DNA from: Spirochaetota bacterium | GTDB taxonomy: Bacteria; Spirochaetota; UBA4802; JAFGDQ01 | Length of the DNA stretch: 64,000 nucleotides | Direction: 5' to 3' | Assembly: GCA_043803405.1 (NCBI GenBank) | Contig: JAZDKB010000006.1 | Coordinates: 32,001-96,000 of the forward strand | Part shown: positions 37,828 to 47,905 of the stretch, one piece after another | How the letters are laid out: every line of letters begins with the position of its first letter | How positions within the stretch are numbered: position 1 is the stretch's first letter | Translations under genes and position numbers: made by a program | Notes under the pieces: generated by a model | What the model was told of the DNA's origin: nothing | Database searches by the model: none | What the model saw: the letters and a program-made list of their open reading frames with translations, nothing else

Positions 37828-38598
37828 ATGAAAAACTGTGTCAAATTATTCGTCATATTGTTTTGTTTATCGTTTGCGATGATCGGATGCGGCGGCGGAG
37901 GCAGCGGCGGCGGTTCCGGTGGGTCTATTCTAACCCTGCCTGAGCTTGAAGATGTAGAGGGTAATAAATATGGTACATGCATGATAGGCAATCAATTATG
38001 GATGGCGGAAAATCTTCGCACTATATCCTTCCGCGACGGGTACTGGATGCTGACCGGACCTTTTGACAGTGTAGAATGGGCTAGCGCCGGAGCAGCCACT
38101 TGCGTATATCCGTACGATGCAATTGGTTTAGATTCAGCTGCAGCGGTAATTGAAGCCTATGGAAGGCTTTACAACTGGTATTCAGTGAATGACAGCAGAG
38201 GCCTTTGCCCTGAAGGGTGGCGCGTACCCACTGAAGAGGACTGGCTGGAACTTATCGACTACCTCGGAGGAGAGGAAGTTGCAGGAGGTAAACTGAAAAG
38301 TTACCGTACTGCTCCCATTTCCAATCATCCGCGCTGGGAAAGCCCCAATACCGGCGTTACCGGTGACTATCGTTTTAATGCACTTCCAGGAGGTTATCGC
38401 ACAGGGCTTACCGGTTTTTTTGATGAAGTTGGCTACTATGCATCATTCTGGAGCAGTACGGAATTTGAGACTACTTTTGCAGGTACAATGTCTCTTGACT
38501 ACAGTAGTACTTTTGCGGATTATGGTTATAGTCATAAAAGGGCTGGTTATTCGGTACGTTGTATATGCGGCGACGGAGGAGGAGTAGTCGCTCCGTAG
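37828..38598 (+). CDS. Lipoprotein with a Fibrobacter succinogenes major paralogous (FISUMP)-type domain
   Basis: Lipobox MIGC and a Gly linker, then IGNQLWMAENL, YGRLYNW, LCPEGWRVPT, FNALPGG and GYSVRC. AGGAGG RBS. Confidence 0.88.
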   Translation: MKNCVKLFVILFCLSFAMIGCGGGGSGGGSGGSILTLPELEDVEGNKYGTCMIGNQLWMAENLRTISFRDGYWMLTGPFDSVEWASAGAATCVYPYDAIGLDSAAAVIEAYGRLYNWYSVNDSRGLCPEGWRVPTEEDWLELIDYLGGEEVAGGKLKSYRTAPISNHPRWESPNTGVTGDYRFNALPGGYRTGLTGFFDEVGYYASFWSSTEFETTFAGTMSLDYSSTFADYGYSHKRAGYSVRCICGDGGGVVAP

Positions 38599-38627
38599 AC
38601 CTAAGCATTCAATTAAAAACATGGAAG

Positions 38628-38669
38628 ATCAGGGACCGCGATTGCTTTTTGTATTAACGGATCCCTGAT
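38628..38669 (+). terminator. Hairpin after the lipoprotein gene
   Basis: atcaggga-ccg…cgg-a-tccctgat followed by an AT-rich run. Confidence 0.5.
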
Positions 38670-38885
38670 TATTTAAAACTACAGGACAGGTAATCTATGT
38701 ACCTGAATGGTTTAAGGCAGCAGTAATATAAAATTATTATATTGCTTAAAGAAAATTATCAAACCTCCTTCTACCGTCACCTATGCTTCGTTGGATAGTT
38801 TTTCGCTGTGTTAGGGCAGGGCGATGGTTGAATTGCCTGGTAAAAAGAGATAGCAGATGTATAAAGCAGAAGGGAGATAAATATG

Positions 38886-38914
38886 TTGACAAATGAGTGA
38901 CACGAGAGTATCTT
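38886..38914 (+). promoter_or_regulatory. Sigma70-type promoter of the Phd-PIN operon
   Basis: TTGACA-17 bp-TATCTT, 30 bp upstream of the ATG at 38945. Confidence 0.65.
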
Positions 38915-38944
38915 TCTGTTATAAACGTATTATCGAGGCAACAA

Positions 38945-39226
38945 ATGAAATTTATTACAGTCAGAGATTTAAGAACCACTCCGGCAAAGATATGGAAAGA
39001 TTTGCCGGATGAACAGGAAATGGTAATAACCAATAACGGTAAACCAATTGCTCTTTTAACTCCTTTAACTGACTCTGATATGGAAGATACATTGTCAACA
39101 ATAAGAAAGGCGAGAGCGGGCAGCGCAATCAGTAAAATGCAATTTTCTGCAATTAAAAATAATCTGTCTGATATGACATCGGAAGAAATTGAAAAAGAAA
39201 TAAAAGCAGCCAGAAAAAATAAATGA
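38945..39226 (+). CDS. Phd/YefM-type antitoxin
   Basis: MKFITVRDLR…VITNNGKPIALL, with a GAGG RBS. Confidence 0.85.
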   Translation: MKFITVRDLRTTPAKIWKDLPDEQEMVITNNGKPIALLTPLTDSDMEDTLSTIRKARAGSAISKMQFSAIKNNLSDMTSEEIEKEIKAARKNK

Positions 39227-39633
39227 AAATTGTCTTAGACACTAATGTCTTAATTTCTGCTTTATTAAATCCTGAAGGAATCCCCGCGGTGTTGTTAAGT
39301 TTAATTGTTAACGGTAAGTTGAAATTACTCTATGACAATAGAATATTATCAGAATATTTTGAGGTTTTAAACCGCAAAAAGTTCAATTTCAAATCTGAAT
39401 GGATAGAGCCTCTGATCGATTTCATTAGAAATGAAGGTGAATTTATAATTGCTAATCCGGTTTTCAAATCATTTAAAGATAAAGATGATATAAAATTTTA
39501 TGAAGTAGCCAAATCCGGTAACGCAAAATATATAATTACCGGAAATATAAATCATTTCCCAAAAGAAGATTTAATTAAAACTCCTGCTGAGTTTTTAAAT
39601 ATTTACACAAGAATAAATAAACAAAATAATTAA
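39223..39633 (+). CDS. PIN-domain toxin
   Basis: IVLDTNVLISAL, EY.EVL, DKDD and ITGN..HF. ATGA overlap with the antitoxin. Confidence 0.9.
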   Translation: MKIVLDTNVLISALLNPEGIPAVLLSLIVNGKLKLLYDNRILSEYFEVLNRKKFNFKSEWIEPLIDFIRNEGEFIIANPVFKSFKDKDDIKFYEVAKSGNAKYIITGNINHFPKEDLIKTPAEFLNIYTRINKQNN

Positions 39634-39719
39634 AATTCCGGAATTAGCGCATATGGTTAAACAAAGTATTTTTTTACTGCCGGTTTTAGCGCCAGCCAAC
39701 TTTCTTAACTTTAAGTTTA

Positions 39720-41789
39720 TTATACTTTAAAGAAGTTAACCTTTGCTTTTAAGGCATCAGCCGAACCAGATATTTCTTCGGACATCCCTGCCATCTCCTC
39801 TGCACCTGCCGCTATTGACTGAGTCATTTCATTTATGTTCGCAGTTGCCCGCACAATTTCTTCTGTAGATTTAAGATGCTCGAAAGTTGCGTTCTTGATT
39901 GTGTCCGTTTTTTCTTTTACAACATCGGACAATGCATTCATTTTATCCTTGGCTTCAAGCTGGTTAATCATAAAACCTTTCATGGAATTCATCATGGAAG
40001 ATATTGATTCGACACTTTTTATTATGCCTCCGATTGTTCTGCTTGTTTCATCGGAAATCTCTATTCCCCTGACAATTTCCGAATTGTTTAATTTAATGAG
40101 CTGGTCAATCTCCTTAATGCTCCCTGCTGTTCCGTCGGCGAGTTTGGATATTTCCTGGGCAACAACTGCAAAGCCGCGTCCGGCCTCTCCTGCGCGGGCG
40201 GATTCAATAGCGGCGTTAAGAGAGAGAAGGTTGATTTTATCCGAAATATCCGTGATGATCTGAATGATGCTGCTCACCTTTGCCGAGCTATCATTAATTT
40301 TATTCATGCTTGCATTCATTGATAGAATTGATGCTTCACCAGTTTTTGCGCTTTGAGACATTGCGCTTGTGAGCTCATGGGATTTTCTTATATTTGCTTC
40401 CATAGTGTTAATTAAACCCGAAAGATCGGACATTTTTTCAACCATAGCTGAAAGGTTTTCATGCTGTGTTTGTGTTATTTCATTGATGAATTCCATTCCG
40501 GCGGAGAGCTCTTCCGTTGTGGCATTAACTTCTTCCACCGAAGCTGCCTGTGTCTGGGAACTTTCGGAAAACGACTTCGTGTTTGAATATAGCTGAGCGG
40601 ACATCCTGGTCATCTCCCCTGACACATTCATAATATCACTGATTACATCGCGTATTTTCTTAACGAATTTGTTGAAGTTCCCGGCAAGCGTGCCCAGTTC
40701 ATCATTTGACTCAATATCGATAGTAATTGTAAGGTCTCCTTCTCCTTCGGAGAGATCCTTTACAACATCGTTAAGCTTGTTGAAACGTACCATAATCAAT
40801 TTTTTTACAGCGAAATAAAGAACAATAAGTATTACAATACTGCAAAGAAAAAATCCTGCGAATAAATAGTTGCGCATTACCAGGCCATCGGAAATAAGTT
40901 CACGTTCCATAGCGCTTGATGCAATGATCCAGTTCCATTCATCATAGTAACTGAAGACCGCATATTTTATACCTGTTCCGCGTTCATCAGTCCAGTCGTA
41001 TTTTATCATTCCGTTCATTTCACGAAGCATGGTTTTAATAAATTCATTCCCGTCTTTATCTTTAAGATACGAAATGTCTTTATTTTCCAGCTTATCCGAT
41101 TTATGAACTACAGCTTTGCCCCTGTCTTCGCTTTTGTTGCCTTCGATAATGTAAACATAGCCGGTCTTTGCTACGGTTATGGACCGTATCTTGTTTTTTA
41201 AATTTTTTATTCCTTCGGTAAAATCGAGGCCGATAAAGTGAATGCCGGTTACCCTGTCGCCGTCCTTGACGGGCTCATAATGCGTCATGTAATTGCGGCC
41301 GAACAGTACAGCCGGTCCTGTATAGCTTTCCCCTGCCAGAACTTTTTTGTAGCCAGGATGATTCTTGTCAAGAAGAGTCCCCACAGCCCTAGTTCCGTCC
41401 TGCTTCCTTAGAGATGTGCTTGCGCGCCTGAAATCGTCACCTTCTCTGATAAAGAGTGTAGCCACAGCTCCGGTAATCCTGGTGAAACGGTCTATGTTGT
41501 CCTGCGAAATGTTCTGGTTCTTTCTTCCGTTATTACTGTAATTAATTAACACATTTGCAAGCGAAACAGCATGTTCTTTAAGTTTAAGATTGTAAACATC
41601 GATCATTTCAATGATGCGTTTATTCAGATCGGTCATTTCATTAGTGCTTTGTTCCGTAAACCTGCTTTTAATCAGCTGACCGGCGATCAAAGCCAGTACT
41701 AATAGAACAATAATAATTACAACGGCCTGAAAAATTATAAGTTTGCTTCCAAGCTTTAATGTGCTGTTATGAAAAAAATTTTTCATGAT
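39720..41789 (-). CDS. Methyl-accepting chemotaxis protein with Cache sensor domains
   Basis: Cache3/Cache2-like ATLF…RASTSL…RAVGTLL, a HAMP domain and the canonical tip [24 protein letters not shown]. Confidence 0.92.
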   Translation of the reverse strand: MMKNFFHNSTLKLGSKLIIFQAVVIIIVLLVLALIAGQLIKSRFTEQSTNEMTDLNKRIIEMIDVYNLKLKEHAVSLANVLINYSNNGRKNQNISQDNIDRFTRITGAVATLFIREGDDFRRASTSLRKQDGTRAVGTLLDKNHPGYKKVLAGESYTGPAVLFGRNYMTHYEPVKDGDRVTGIHFIGLDFTEGIKNLKNKIRSITVAKTGYVYIIEGNKSEDRGKAVVHKSDKLENKDISYLKDKDGNEFIKTMLREMNGMIKYDWTDERGTGIKYAVFSYYDEWNWIIASSAMERELISDGLVMRNYLFAGFFLCSIVILIVLYFAVKKLIMVRFNKLNDVVKDLSEGEGDLTITIDIESNDELGTLAGNFNKFVKKIRDVISDIMNVSGEMTRMSAQLYSNTKSFSESSQTQAASVEEVNATTEELSAGMEFINEITQTQHENLSAMVEKMSDLSGLINTMEANIRKSHELTSAMSQSAKTGEASILSMNASMNKINDSSAKVSSIIQIITDISDKINLLSLNAAIESARAGEAGRGFAVVAQEISKLADGTAGSIKEIDQLIKLNNSEIVRGIEISDETSRTIGGIIKSVESISSMMNSMKGFMINQLEAKDKMNALSDVVKEKTDTIKNATFEHLKSTEEIVRATANINEMTQSIAAGAEEMAGMSEEISGSADALKAKVNFFKV

Positions 41790-42168
41790 GGTACTTTCCA
41801 TAGGTAACAAAAAGTTTTAACGGATATCGAAAATAGTATTTGTTTGCTACAGTAATTTTTGCTAAATAACGGGCTGCAGATCACGATTCGATTATTTGAT
41901 TTATAATTCTAGTATATTCTTCACGGCAGGTCAATATACATTTTTTATTTTAAAAATAAAAAGTTATCTTGTTCTGTTTTCCATTTCAACGTAATATAAT
42001 AATTTTAAAACTATTATGTTTGATAATTATCGATAGTACATCAAAAAAATTTAACAATTTCTGTTTGCAAATTATGATCTTCAATGTAAAAATATAGGAA
42101 ACAATATAGTTCTGTCATCGGGAAACGAAACGGAATTATATTGGAAAAATAAGTAAAAGGAGATCATT

Positions 42169-42720
42169 ATGAGCAAATACGAAATCGCTGTTATTGTTGG
42201 GAGCCTTCGTAAGGATTCATTTAACCGTAAACTGGCAAATGCTATTGTAAAGCTTGCGCCGTCCGACTTCTCTTTTAACCAGGTAAAAATCAGTGATTTA
42301 CCGCTTTACAATCAGGATGATGATGCTAATCAGGCCGAGGTTGTCAAACGATTAAAGGACGAGATTAAAAGATCAAATGGCCTTTTGTTTCTTACTCCGG
42401 AATATAACCGTTCGATTCCGGGAGTACTTAAGAATGCAATCGACCATGCTTCGCGACCTTACGGCCAAAGCGCCTGGGCCGGAAAACCGGCCGGTATCAT
42501 AGGCGTTTCAATCGGTGCCATTGGTACAGCGGTTGCGCAACAGCATTTGCGCGGTATTCTTGCGTACCTGGACATTCCAACCCTTGGACAACCGGAAGCA
42601 TTCATCCAGGCGAAAGACGGACTCTTTGACGATGCAGGCAATATCGGGCTGGACAGTAAACAATTTTTTCAAAACTGGATGAGTAAATATATAGCGTGGA
42701 TAAAAAAGCACGCTGCATAA
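42169..42720 (+). CDS. NAD(P)H-dependent FMN reductase (chromate reductase-like)
   Basis: GSLRKDSFN, LPLYNQD and TPEYNRSIPGVLKNAID. Confidence 0.92.
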   Translation: MSKYEIAVIVGSLRKDSFNRKLANAIVKLAPSDFSFNQVKISDLPLYNQDDDANQAEVVKRLKDEIKRSNGLLFLTPEYNRSIPGVLKNAIDHASRPYGQSAWAGKPAGIIGVSIGAIGTAVAQQHLRGILAYLDIPTLGQPEAFIQAKDGLFDDAGNIGLDSKQFFQNWMSKYIAWIKKHAA

Positions 42721-42910
42721 TCAGAGTGAAAAACTGCACCCCGTCAGTCAGCGGTAAATTTTATCAGGACACAACCTTATCTTCCTTATGCATTGAAACT
42801 TAAAATACTTTTACCGGAAGTAATTCACTTGAAACTTAATCCTGCGTTTACTTAAGTACGTTATTAATATTACAGAAAAATTCAGCCGATATAAGAAAGG
42901 ATATTATTAC

Positions 42911-43663
42911 ATGAGTAAATCAATACAGCAAAAGATAATCGATTTTTTAAAGCCTTCTGCCGAAGGGCTTGCAGTAACAGATGTGCGCGTTGGCCTTGGG
43001 TACACAAGCGTGCGTTTAGATAACGGCAGCATAGGGATTGCGTGGACGGCGGACAGCCAGTCAGGGAGCTGCACGCACGAAGCCAGGGCAGGGACGCTCG
43101 CAGGCAGGCCTGCACCAGAACTCCTTGAAATGCTGGGAGGCCTCCGCAGCCCTCTTTCAAGGAGTATCGGCCTTGCAACTGCCAATGCCCTCGCAGCAGG
43201 CCTTCCGCGTCCGGAGACGACTTCGGTCGATGTCCTGGAACTTGTTAATATACAGGCTGCCGACCATGTAGTAATGGTGGGCTTTTTTGGGCCGCTTATA
43301 CCGAAGATTCGCGCGACTGACTGCCGCCTGGACATTCTGGAGCTGAAAAGCGGCAAACCGGGCACCATAACTCCGGAGGAGGGACGCACGTCGCTTGCAG
43401 TTTGCAGTGTCGCAATAATAACGGCAACCAGCATTGTAACCGGCACTATGGACGAGCTTTTAGCCGGTCTGGGCAAACCGCGCGCTGTAGTTTTACTGGG
43501 GCCGTCAACTTTCATACGGCCGGAGGTTTTTGCAGGAACACTGGTTACACATATAGCAGGAGCAAGGATACGCAATGCTGAAGCTGTAGTGAAGATTGTC
43601 TCCGAAGGCGGCGGCACAATGATACTTCGGCAGTATATGGACTTTGAAACAGTATGTCTTTGA
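42911..43663 (+). CDS. DUF364/DUF4213-type Rossmann-like protein
   Basis: VGLGYT, IGLATANA, VVMVGFFGP, IITATSIV and LLGPST. GAAAGG RBS. Confidence 0.75.
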   Translation: MSKSIQQKIIDFLKPSAEGLAVTDVRVGLGYTSVRLDNGSIGIAWTADSQSGSCTHEARAGTLAGRPAPELLEMLGGLRSPLSRSIGLATANALAAGLPRPETTSVDVLELVNIQAADHVVMVGFFGPLIPKIRATDCRLDILELKSGKPGTITPEEGRTSLAVCSVAIITATSIVTGTMDELLAGLGKPRAVVLLGPSTFIRPEVFAGTLVTHIAGARIRNAEAVVKIVSEGGGTMILRQYMDFETVCL

Positions 43664-43709
43664 TGATAAGACAAGAAATGGCAGGAATAGCCTGGAATGG
43701 GGTTGTTTT

Positions 43710-43756
43710 AAAATATGCCACAGAGATACACACTTTGTGCCTCTGTGGCATATTTT
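43710..43756. terminator. Perfect 16-bp inverted repeat, likely bidirectional terminator or REP-like element
   Basis: aaaatatgccacagag / ctctgtggcatatttt between convergent genes. Confidence 0.7.
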
Positions 43757-43800
43757 TCATTACAAGACGGTCCCTGGACGCGCTTTATAAAAAATTTTTT

Positions 43801-44274
43801 TTAAATAATTGAGAAGTCGACCCTTCTGTTTTTATTTCTTCCGTCCGGGGTTTTATTGTCCGCAATCGGTAATGTGTCGCCGAAACCTTTGGCAGTCAGC
43901 CTGGCAGCGGGCAGTTTACCTTCCGTTACGAGCCACTTAACGACAGCTTCCGCTCTTTTCTGAGACAGGTTAAGATTTGCTTTTGCATTGCCTACATTAT
44001 CAGTATGGCCTTCGACCTGTACTTTAAAATTACCCGGATAATTATTTACAATGTTTACAATTGCATCAAGTGTCTTCCTGCATTTTTCAACATCTATAAC
44101 TGCGCTTCCTGTCTTAAATATAATCGGGCCCTTTTCGTTCTGGACATTTTTCAGCTTTGCCGTAAGCTGTTTTTTTGACTCATCCTTTGCGCCCGATTTG
44201 ACGGACTTTAAATCGAGAGCATAAAGCCCTGAGCCGGCAAAAAGGATAATCAATACTGTTAACAATTTTTTCAT
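43801..44274 (-). CDS. OmpA-family peptidoglycan-binding protein
   Basis: Signal peptide, EGHTDNVG, NLNLSQKRA and NRRVDF. Confidence 0.92.
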   Translation of the reverse strand: MKKLLTVLIILFAGSGLYALDLKSVKSGAKDESKKQLTAKLKNVQNEKGPIIFKTGSAVIDVEKCRKTLDAIVNIVNNYPGNFKVQVEGHTDNVGNAKANLNLSQKRAEAVVKWLVTEGKLPAARLTAKGFGDTLPIADNKTPDGRNKNRRVDFSII

Positions 44275-44451
44275 CAGAGTTTCTCCTTGTGTAAATTTTA
44301 ATTTTTTTATTTTAATAAAAAAACTAAAATTGTCAATAAAATTTAAAGATAAGAACCGGAACCGGATTTTTCTCAGTTTGAAAGCTGTGCTTTATTCTAT
44401 AAGATATTTACTTTCTATAATATGAACTATTGCTATACTATTTTAAGCATA

Positions 44452-44480
44452 TTGACAGTTAAATAACAATGATTTATACT
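44452..44480 (+). promoter_or_regulatory. Sigma70-type promoter upstream of the diguanylate cyclase
   Basis: TTGACA-17 bp-TATACT. Confidence 0.65.
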
Positions 44481-44642
44481 GTTATCGTTTGGTAAGAAAA
44501 CTATACATTTTTTTTAATTTTAAAATAAATATTTTGACTTCATAAATATATAATATATATTCAAAAAGCTAGTTAGTTCCTGGTGAATCAACGGATTTTG
44601 TTTATTGACTTGCTGAGAAATGGGAAATGGAGCCTGTAATTA

Positions 44643-45704
44643 ATGGAATTATACAAAACAGAAAGCAATTCGGACTTATTGCAGAAGCTGGAGATCTGCG
44701 AAAGAAAGATATATGATCTGAATCAATTAATCGAGATTTGCAAAGGGTTAAACTCAACACTAATTGATTCCAGCAAACTGATTGATTCTATTCTGCTGAC
44801 GTGCATGGGACAAATGCAGCTTATAAAAGCAGGTATATTTCTTAAAAAGGACATAGGCCAGAATATATTTGTTCTCCACAGAAATTATAAAGGATTTGAA
44901 CTTTCACACTCAAAAGAATATGAGATTGACAGTGAGTCGGCGCTTGTCGTTTTTATGGAAAATAATTTTAAATGTTATGAATTATCCGAACTTGTTAAAA
45001 TATTTTCAAATGACCCTGCATTAAATACAATGAAACTTGTTAACCCCTGTCTCATCGTTCCGCTCAAAGGCAAGAATAAAATAAACGGAATAATTGTACT
45101 TGGCGAAAGAATCTGTAATAAGCCATTTACACAGGAAGAAAAAGAATATCTTATGCATATAGCATCACTCGCGGGCATTGCTATTCATAATGCGTATTTA
45201 TACGAAATAGCAACAACCGATATGATGACAAGACTGAAATCGCATCATTATTTCTATACATCATTAATTGAAGAGAAAGAAAAATCGGTTAAGAATAAAT
45301 CGCATCTCTCTCTGATAATGTTTGATATTGATCATTTTAAGGATTTTAACGATACTTTTGGACATATTTGCGGGGATATTGTTTTAAAGGAAGTCGGCCA
45401 AACGATTTTAGCAAAGATCAGGCGTATAGACATAGCTGCGCGGTATGGCGGAGAGGAATTCGCGCTGATATTGCCGGAAACCGGTATAGAAGAAGCATAT
45501 TTAATAGCCGAAAGAATAAGAACGAGCATTGAACAGCTAAAAATTGATTATGAAGGTAAAACAATGTATATTACCATATCCGGCGGAGTTACCGAATTGT
45601 TCCCTAAAATTGATATTGATTACATGACTTTTGTCGATAGAGCAGACAAAGCGCTTTATATATCAAAAGAAAACGGAAGGAACAGAACAACTATTCTGTC
45701 TTAG
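44643..45704 (+). CDS. GAF-GGDEF diguanylate cyclase
   Basis: A GAF-like region, then DIDHFK.FND.FGH and RRID…RYGGEEF (I-site RxxD present). Confidence 0.92.
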   Translation: MELYKTESNSDLLQKLEICERKIYDLNQLIEICKGLNSTLIDSSKLIDSILLTCMGQMQLIKAGIFLKKDIGQNIFVLHRNYKGFELSHSKEYEIDSESALVVFMENNFKCYELSELVKIFSNDPALNTMKLVNPCLIVPLKGKNKINGIIVLGERICNKPFTQEEKEYLMHIASLAGIAIHNAYLYEIATTDMMTRLKSHHYFYTSLIEEKEKSVKNKSHLSLIMFDIDHFKDFNDTFGHICGDIVLKEVGQTILAKIRRIDIAARYGGEEFALILPETGIEEAYLIAERIRTSIEQLKIDYEGKTMYITISGGVTELFPKIDIDYMTFVDRADKALYISKENGRNRTTILS

Positions 45705-45810
45705 AAAATGCCTAAAATATCCGATAATTTATCTAAAATTCCTTGATTTTTTTTTATTATAATATATTACTTTAACGGCCAATTTTTAATAATATCACTT
45801 TGAATATGTA

Positions 45811-46407
45811 ATGGGGTTTTATATGAAACCACGAGAAGACAAATATAAAAGGATTTTTTCACACAATTTTAAAATCCGGCCATACGGAATTATTTCGTTT
45901 TGCCTGTTAATAACTTTTACATTGCATTTTTGTATTTTACCTTCTGTTTCTGCATTAACAGTTGAAGAGCAGGCAGGTAAAAAAGCAGCGGATACAACTG
46001 CCATAACAGAGGATGAATTTGTAAGGAAAACGCAGGCCAGAAGGGGATACAACACCAATGCCGAACAAAAAGATCCCAGGCTTGCATGTCTTTTATCCCT
46101 GGTTGTCCCCGGCGGAGGCCAGATATATTTAAAAAAGGATTTAAAGGGTATTGCTTTCTTTTCTTTAACTGTTGCAGGATATTCTGCTGCCGGTTTCTAT
46201 CTGTATAAAGCGATTAATAATGATTATTCGGGTTCCGAGAAAAAGTCTAAAATCGTTATATCCGGATTATTTTTTCTTGTCGGCATAATATTCCATACTG
46301 TTGGGATTGTTGAAGCATACAATGATGCCATTGAAATCAACGAAAAAAGTTTTTATTATGGCGGGTATTCGAAATTTCCTTATATAGCAGGACTGGAATT
46401 GAAATAA
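45811..46407 (+). CDS. Hypothetical membrane protein
   Basis: KDP..ACLLSLVVPGGGQIY motif plus TM helices. Confidence 0.65.
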   Translation: MGFYMKPREDKYKRIFSHNFKIRPYGIISFCLLITFTLHFCILPSVSALTVEEQAGKKAADTTAITEDEFVRKTQARRGYNTNAEQKDPRLACLLSLVVPGGGQIYLKKDLKGIAFFSLTVAGYSAAGFYLYKAINNDYSGSEKKSKIVISGLFFLVGIIFHTVGIVEAYNDAIEINEKSFYYGGYSKFPYIAGLELK

Positions 46408-46642
46408 TCACACATTATCCGGAAATGCTTAATAGAACGCAAATATACACTGACTTAACCTTTTTTTATGCATTTCAATTTTTGGCACTATTCACCACTA
46501 AAAACAAATGTGATAGTGTTGTAGTTAAATGGCATAAAGTTATATGCCATTTGAATAAAAAGTTGAATTTATAATCTTAGCAGGCATAATATTTACTTGA
46601 CATGATTTACAGCATTGTATTTCTTTAACCAAAGTTTTTTTT

Positions 46643-46716
46643 GGGCCCATAGCTCAGTCGGTTAGAGCGGCTGACTCATAATCAGTAGGTCCAAGGTTCA
46701 AGTCCTTGTGGGCCCA
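46643..46716 (+). tRNA. tRNA with CAT anticodon, probably tRNA-Ile2 (lysidine); CCA not encoded
   Basis: gggccca/tgggccc acceptor stem, D-arm agctcagtcggttagagc, anticodon arm ctga-ctCATaa-tcag and T-loop ggttcaagtcc. Lacks initiator features. Confidence 0.93.
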
Positions 46717-46792
46717 AGCTAATAATAGCTTGCTTAATTTTTAAACAGTCAATATTTTAAATTGAAAATATATTTTTAAGGATAAATATACA

Positions 46793-47104
46793 ATGTACGC
46801 AATTATTGAAATCGGTGGAAAGCAATACAGGGTCGAAAAGGATCTTACTATCAATGTGGATAAAGTTGAGGATCAGAACGAAACTGTAACCTTAAATAAA
46901 GTGCTTATGTATGCAGATGGCGAAAAAGTAATTCTCGGACAGCCCTATTTAAGCAATGTTAAAATAACTGCAAAGAATTTAGGCGTTGTAAAAGGAGAAA
47001 AAGTCCGCGGCATCAAATTCAAGAAAAGAAAAAATTACACCAGGACTCTGGGACATCGTCAGCAGTATCTGCAATTAAAGATAAATGATTTGTCAGTAAG
47101 CTGA
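46793..47104 (+). CDS. rplU: 50S ribosomal protein L21
   Basis: MYAIIEIGGKQYRV…GHRQ. Confidence 0.97.
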   Translation: MYAIIEIGGKQYRVEKDLTINVDKVEDQNETVTLNKVLMYADGEKVILGQPYLSNVKITAKNLGVVKGEKVRGIKFKKRKNYTRTLGHRQQYLQLKINDLSVS

Positions 47105-47109
47105 TGTAA

Positions 47110-47475
47110 GTGATTGAAATATATTTAAGCAATTTAATTCACAACGGAAGAGGCGTTAAAGCAGGAAGCGGGAAAGAGATAAAAATTAAAGTAACAGGAC
47201 ATGCCGGGTTCGGCAAAACGGGTACCGACATTGTCTGCGCTGCTGTTTCCGCTGTTGTACAGACCTCTGTGATATCCATAACAAAAGTTGCAAGAGTTCG
47301 GCAGAAAATAAGACAAAAGCAGGGCTTTTTAGAATCCGTAATAAATATCAGCAGGCTGGATGAGGCTGATTTAAATAATTTAATTTTGATTATCAATACC
47401 ATGCTGACAGGCCTGGAAGAGATATTAACAGAGCATCCTGAAGCGTTAATTATTAATTTTGAAAGAAGAGGTTAG
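47110..47475 (+). CDS. prp: Ribosomal-processing cysteine protease Prp (YsxB/DUF464)
   Basis: GHAG…DIVCAAVS catalytic His/Cys, positioned between rplU and rpmA. Confidence 0.88.
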   Translation: MIEIYLSNLIHNGRGVKAGSGKEIKIKVTGHAGFGKTGTDIVCAAVSAVVQTSVISITKVARVRQKIRQKQGFLESVINISRLDEADLNNLILIINTMLTGLEEILTEHPEALIINFERRG

Positions 47476-47477
47476 AA

Positions 47478-47735
47478 ATGGCACATAAAAAAGGCGCCGG
47501 GTCCACAAGAAACGGCAGGGACTCAAATTCCCAGAGGCTGGGCGTTAAAAGATTTGGTGGCGAGCATGTAAAGGGCGGTACAATTATTGTCCGTCAGCGC
47601 GGCACCAGGATTCACCCAGGTAAAAATGTCGGCTTAGGAAGAGATGATACGCTTTTTGCGAAAATAGACGGTGTAGTTACTTTTGAACGTTTGGACAAAA
47701 CCAGGAAGAAGGTATCGATTTATCCCTCAGTATAA
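47478..47735 (+). CDS. rpmA: 50S ribosomal protein L27
   Basis: [24 protein letters not shown]. Confidence 0.98.
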   Translation: MAHKKGAGSTRNGRDSNSQRLGVKRFGGEHVKGGTIIVRQRGTRIHPGKNVGLGRDDTLFAKIDGVVTFERLDKTRKKVSIYPSV

Positions 47736-47843
47736 TTTATAATTTATTCATTAAATATTGAATATATATATACAATAAGGATAAAGGCTGATTGAAATTA
47801 TTGTAAAAAGCCTGACATTCTTTTAACAAGTATAATAATACAG

Positions 47844-47886
47844 GAGATCGCGTAGAGATTCATTCTTTTACGCGATTTCTTTTTTG
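47844..47886 (+). terminator. Rho-independent terminator between rpmA and obgE
   Basis: gagatcgcgtagaga/tcttttacgcgatttc stem followed by a T-run. Confidence 0.65.
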
Positions 47887-47905
47887 TATTTAACAGGAAG
47901 GACAA

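Noticed and set aside
37828..38830. Diversity-generating retroelement targeting the lipoprotein
   Set aside because: There is no reverse transcriptase and no template/variable repeat pair. The B/C repeats do not match the gene, and not all of their differences are at adenines.
42750..42780. Possible IS-end remnant (aaattttatcaggacacaacc)
   Set aside because: No convincing partner end or transposase fragment was found nearby.
42907..43674. 255-aa antisense ORF
   Set aside because: It is the shadow of the GC-rich DUF364 gene, which has the RBS and family motifs.
46643..46716. Initiator tRNA-fMet
   Set aside because: It has a paired G1-C72 and lacks the three consecutive G-C pairs in the anticodon stem. 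Ile2 is preferred, though elongator Met is not fully excluded.
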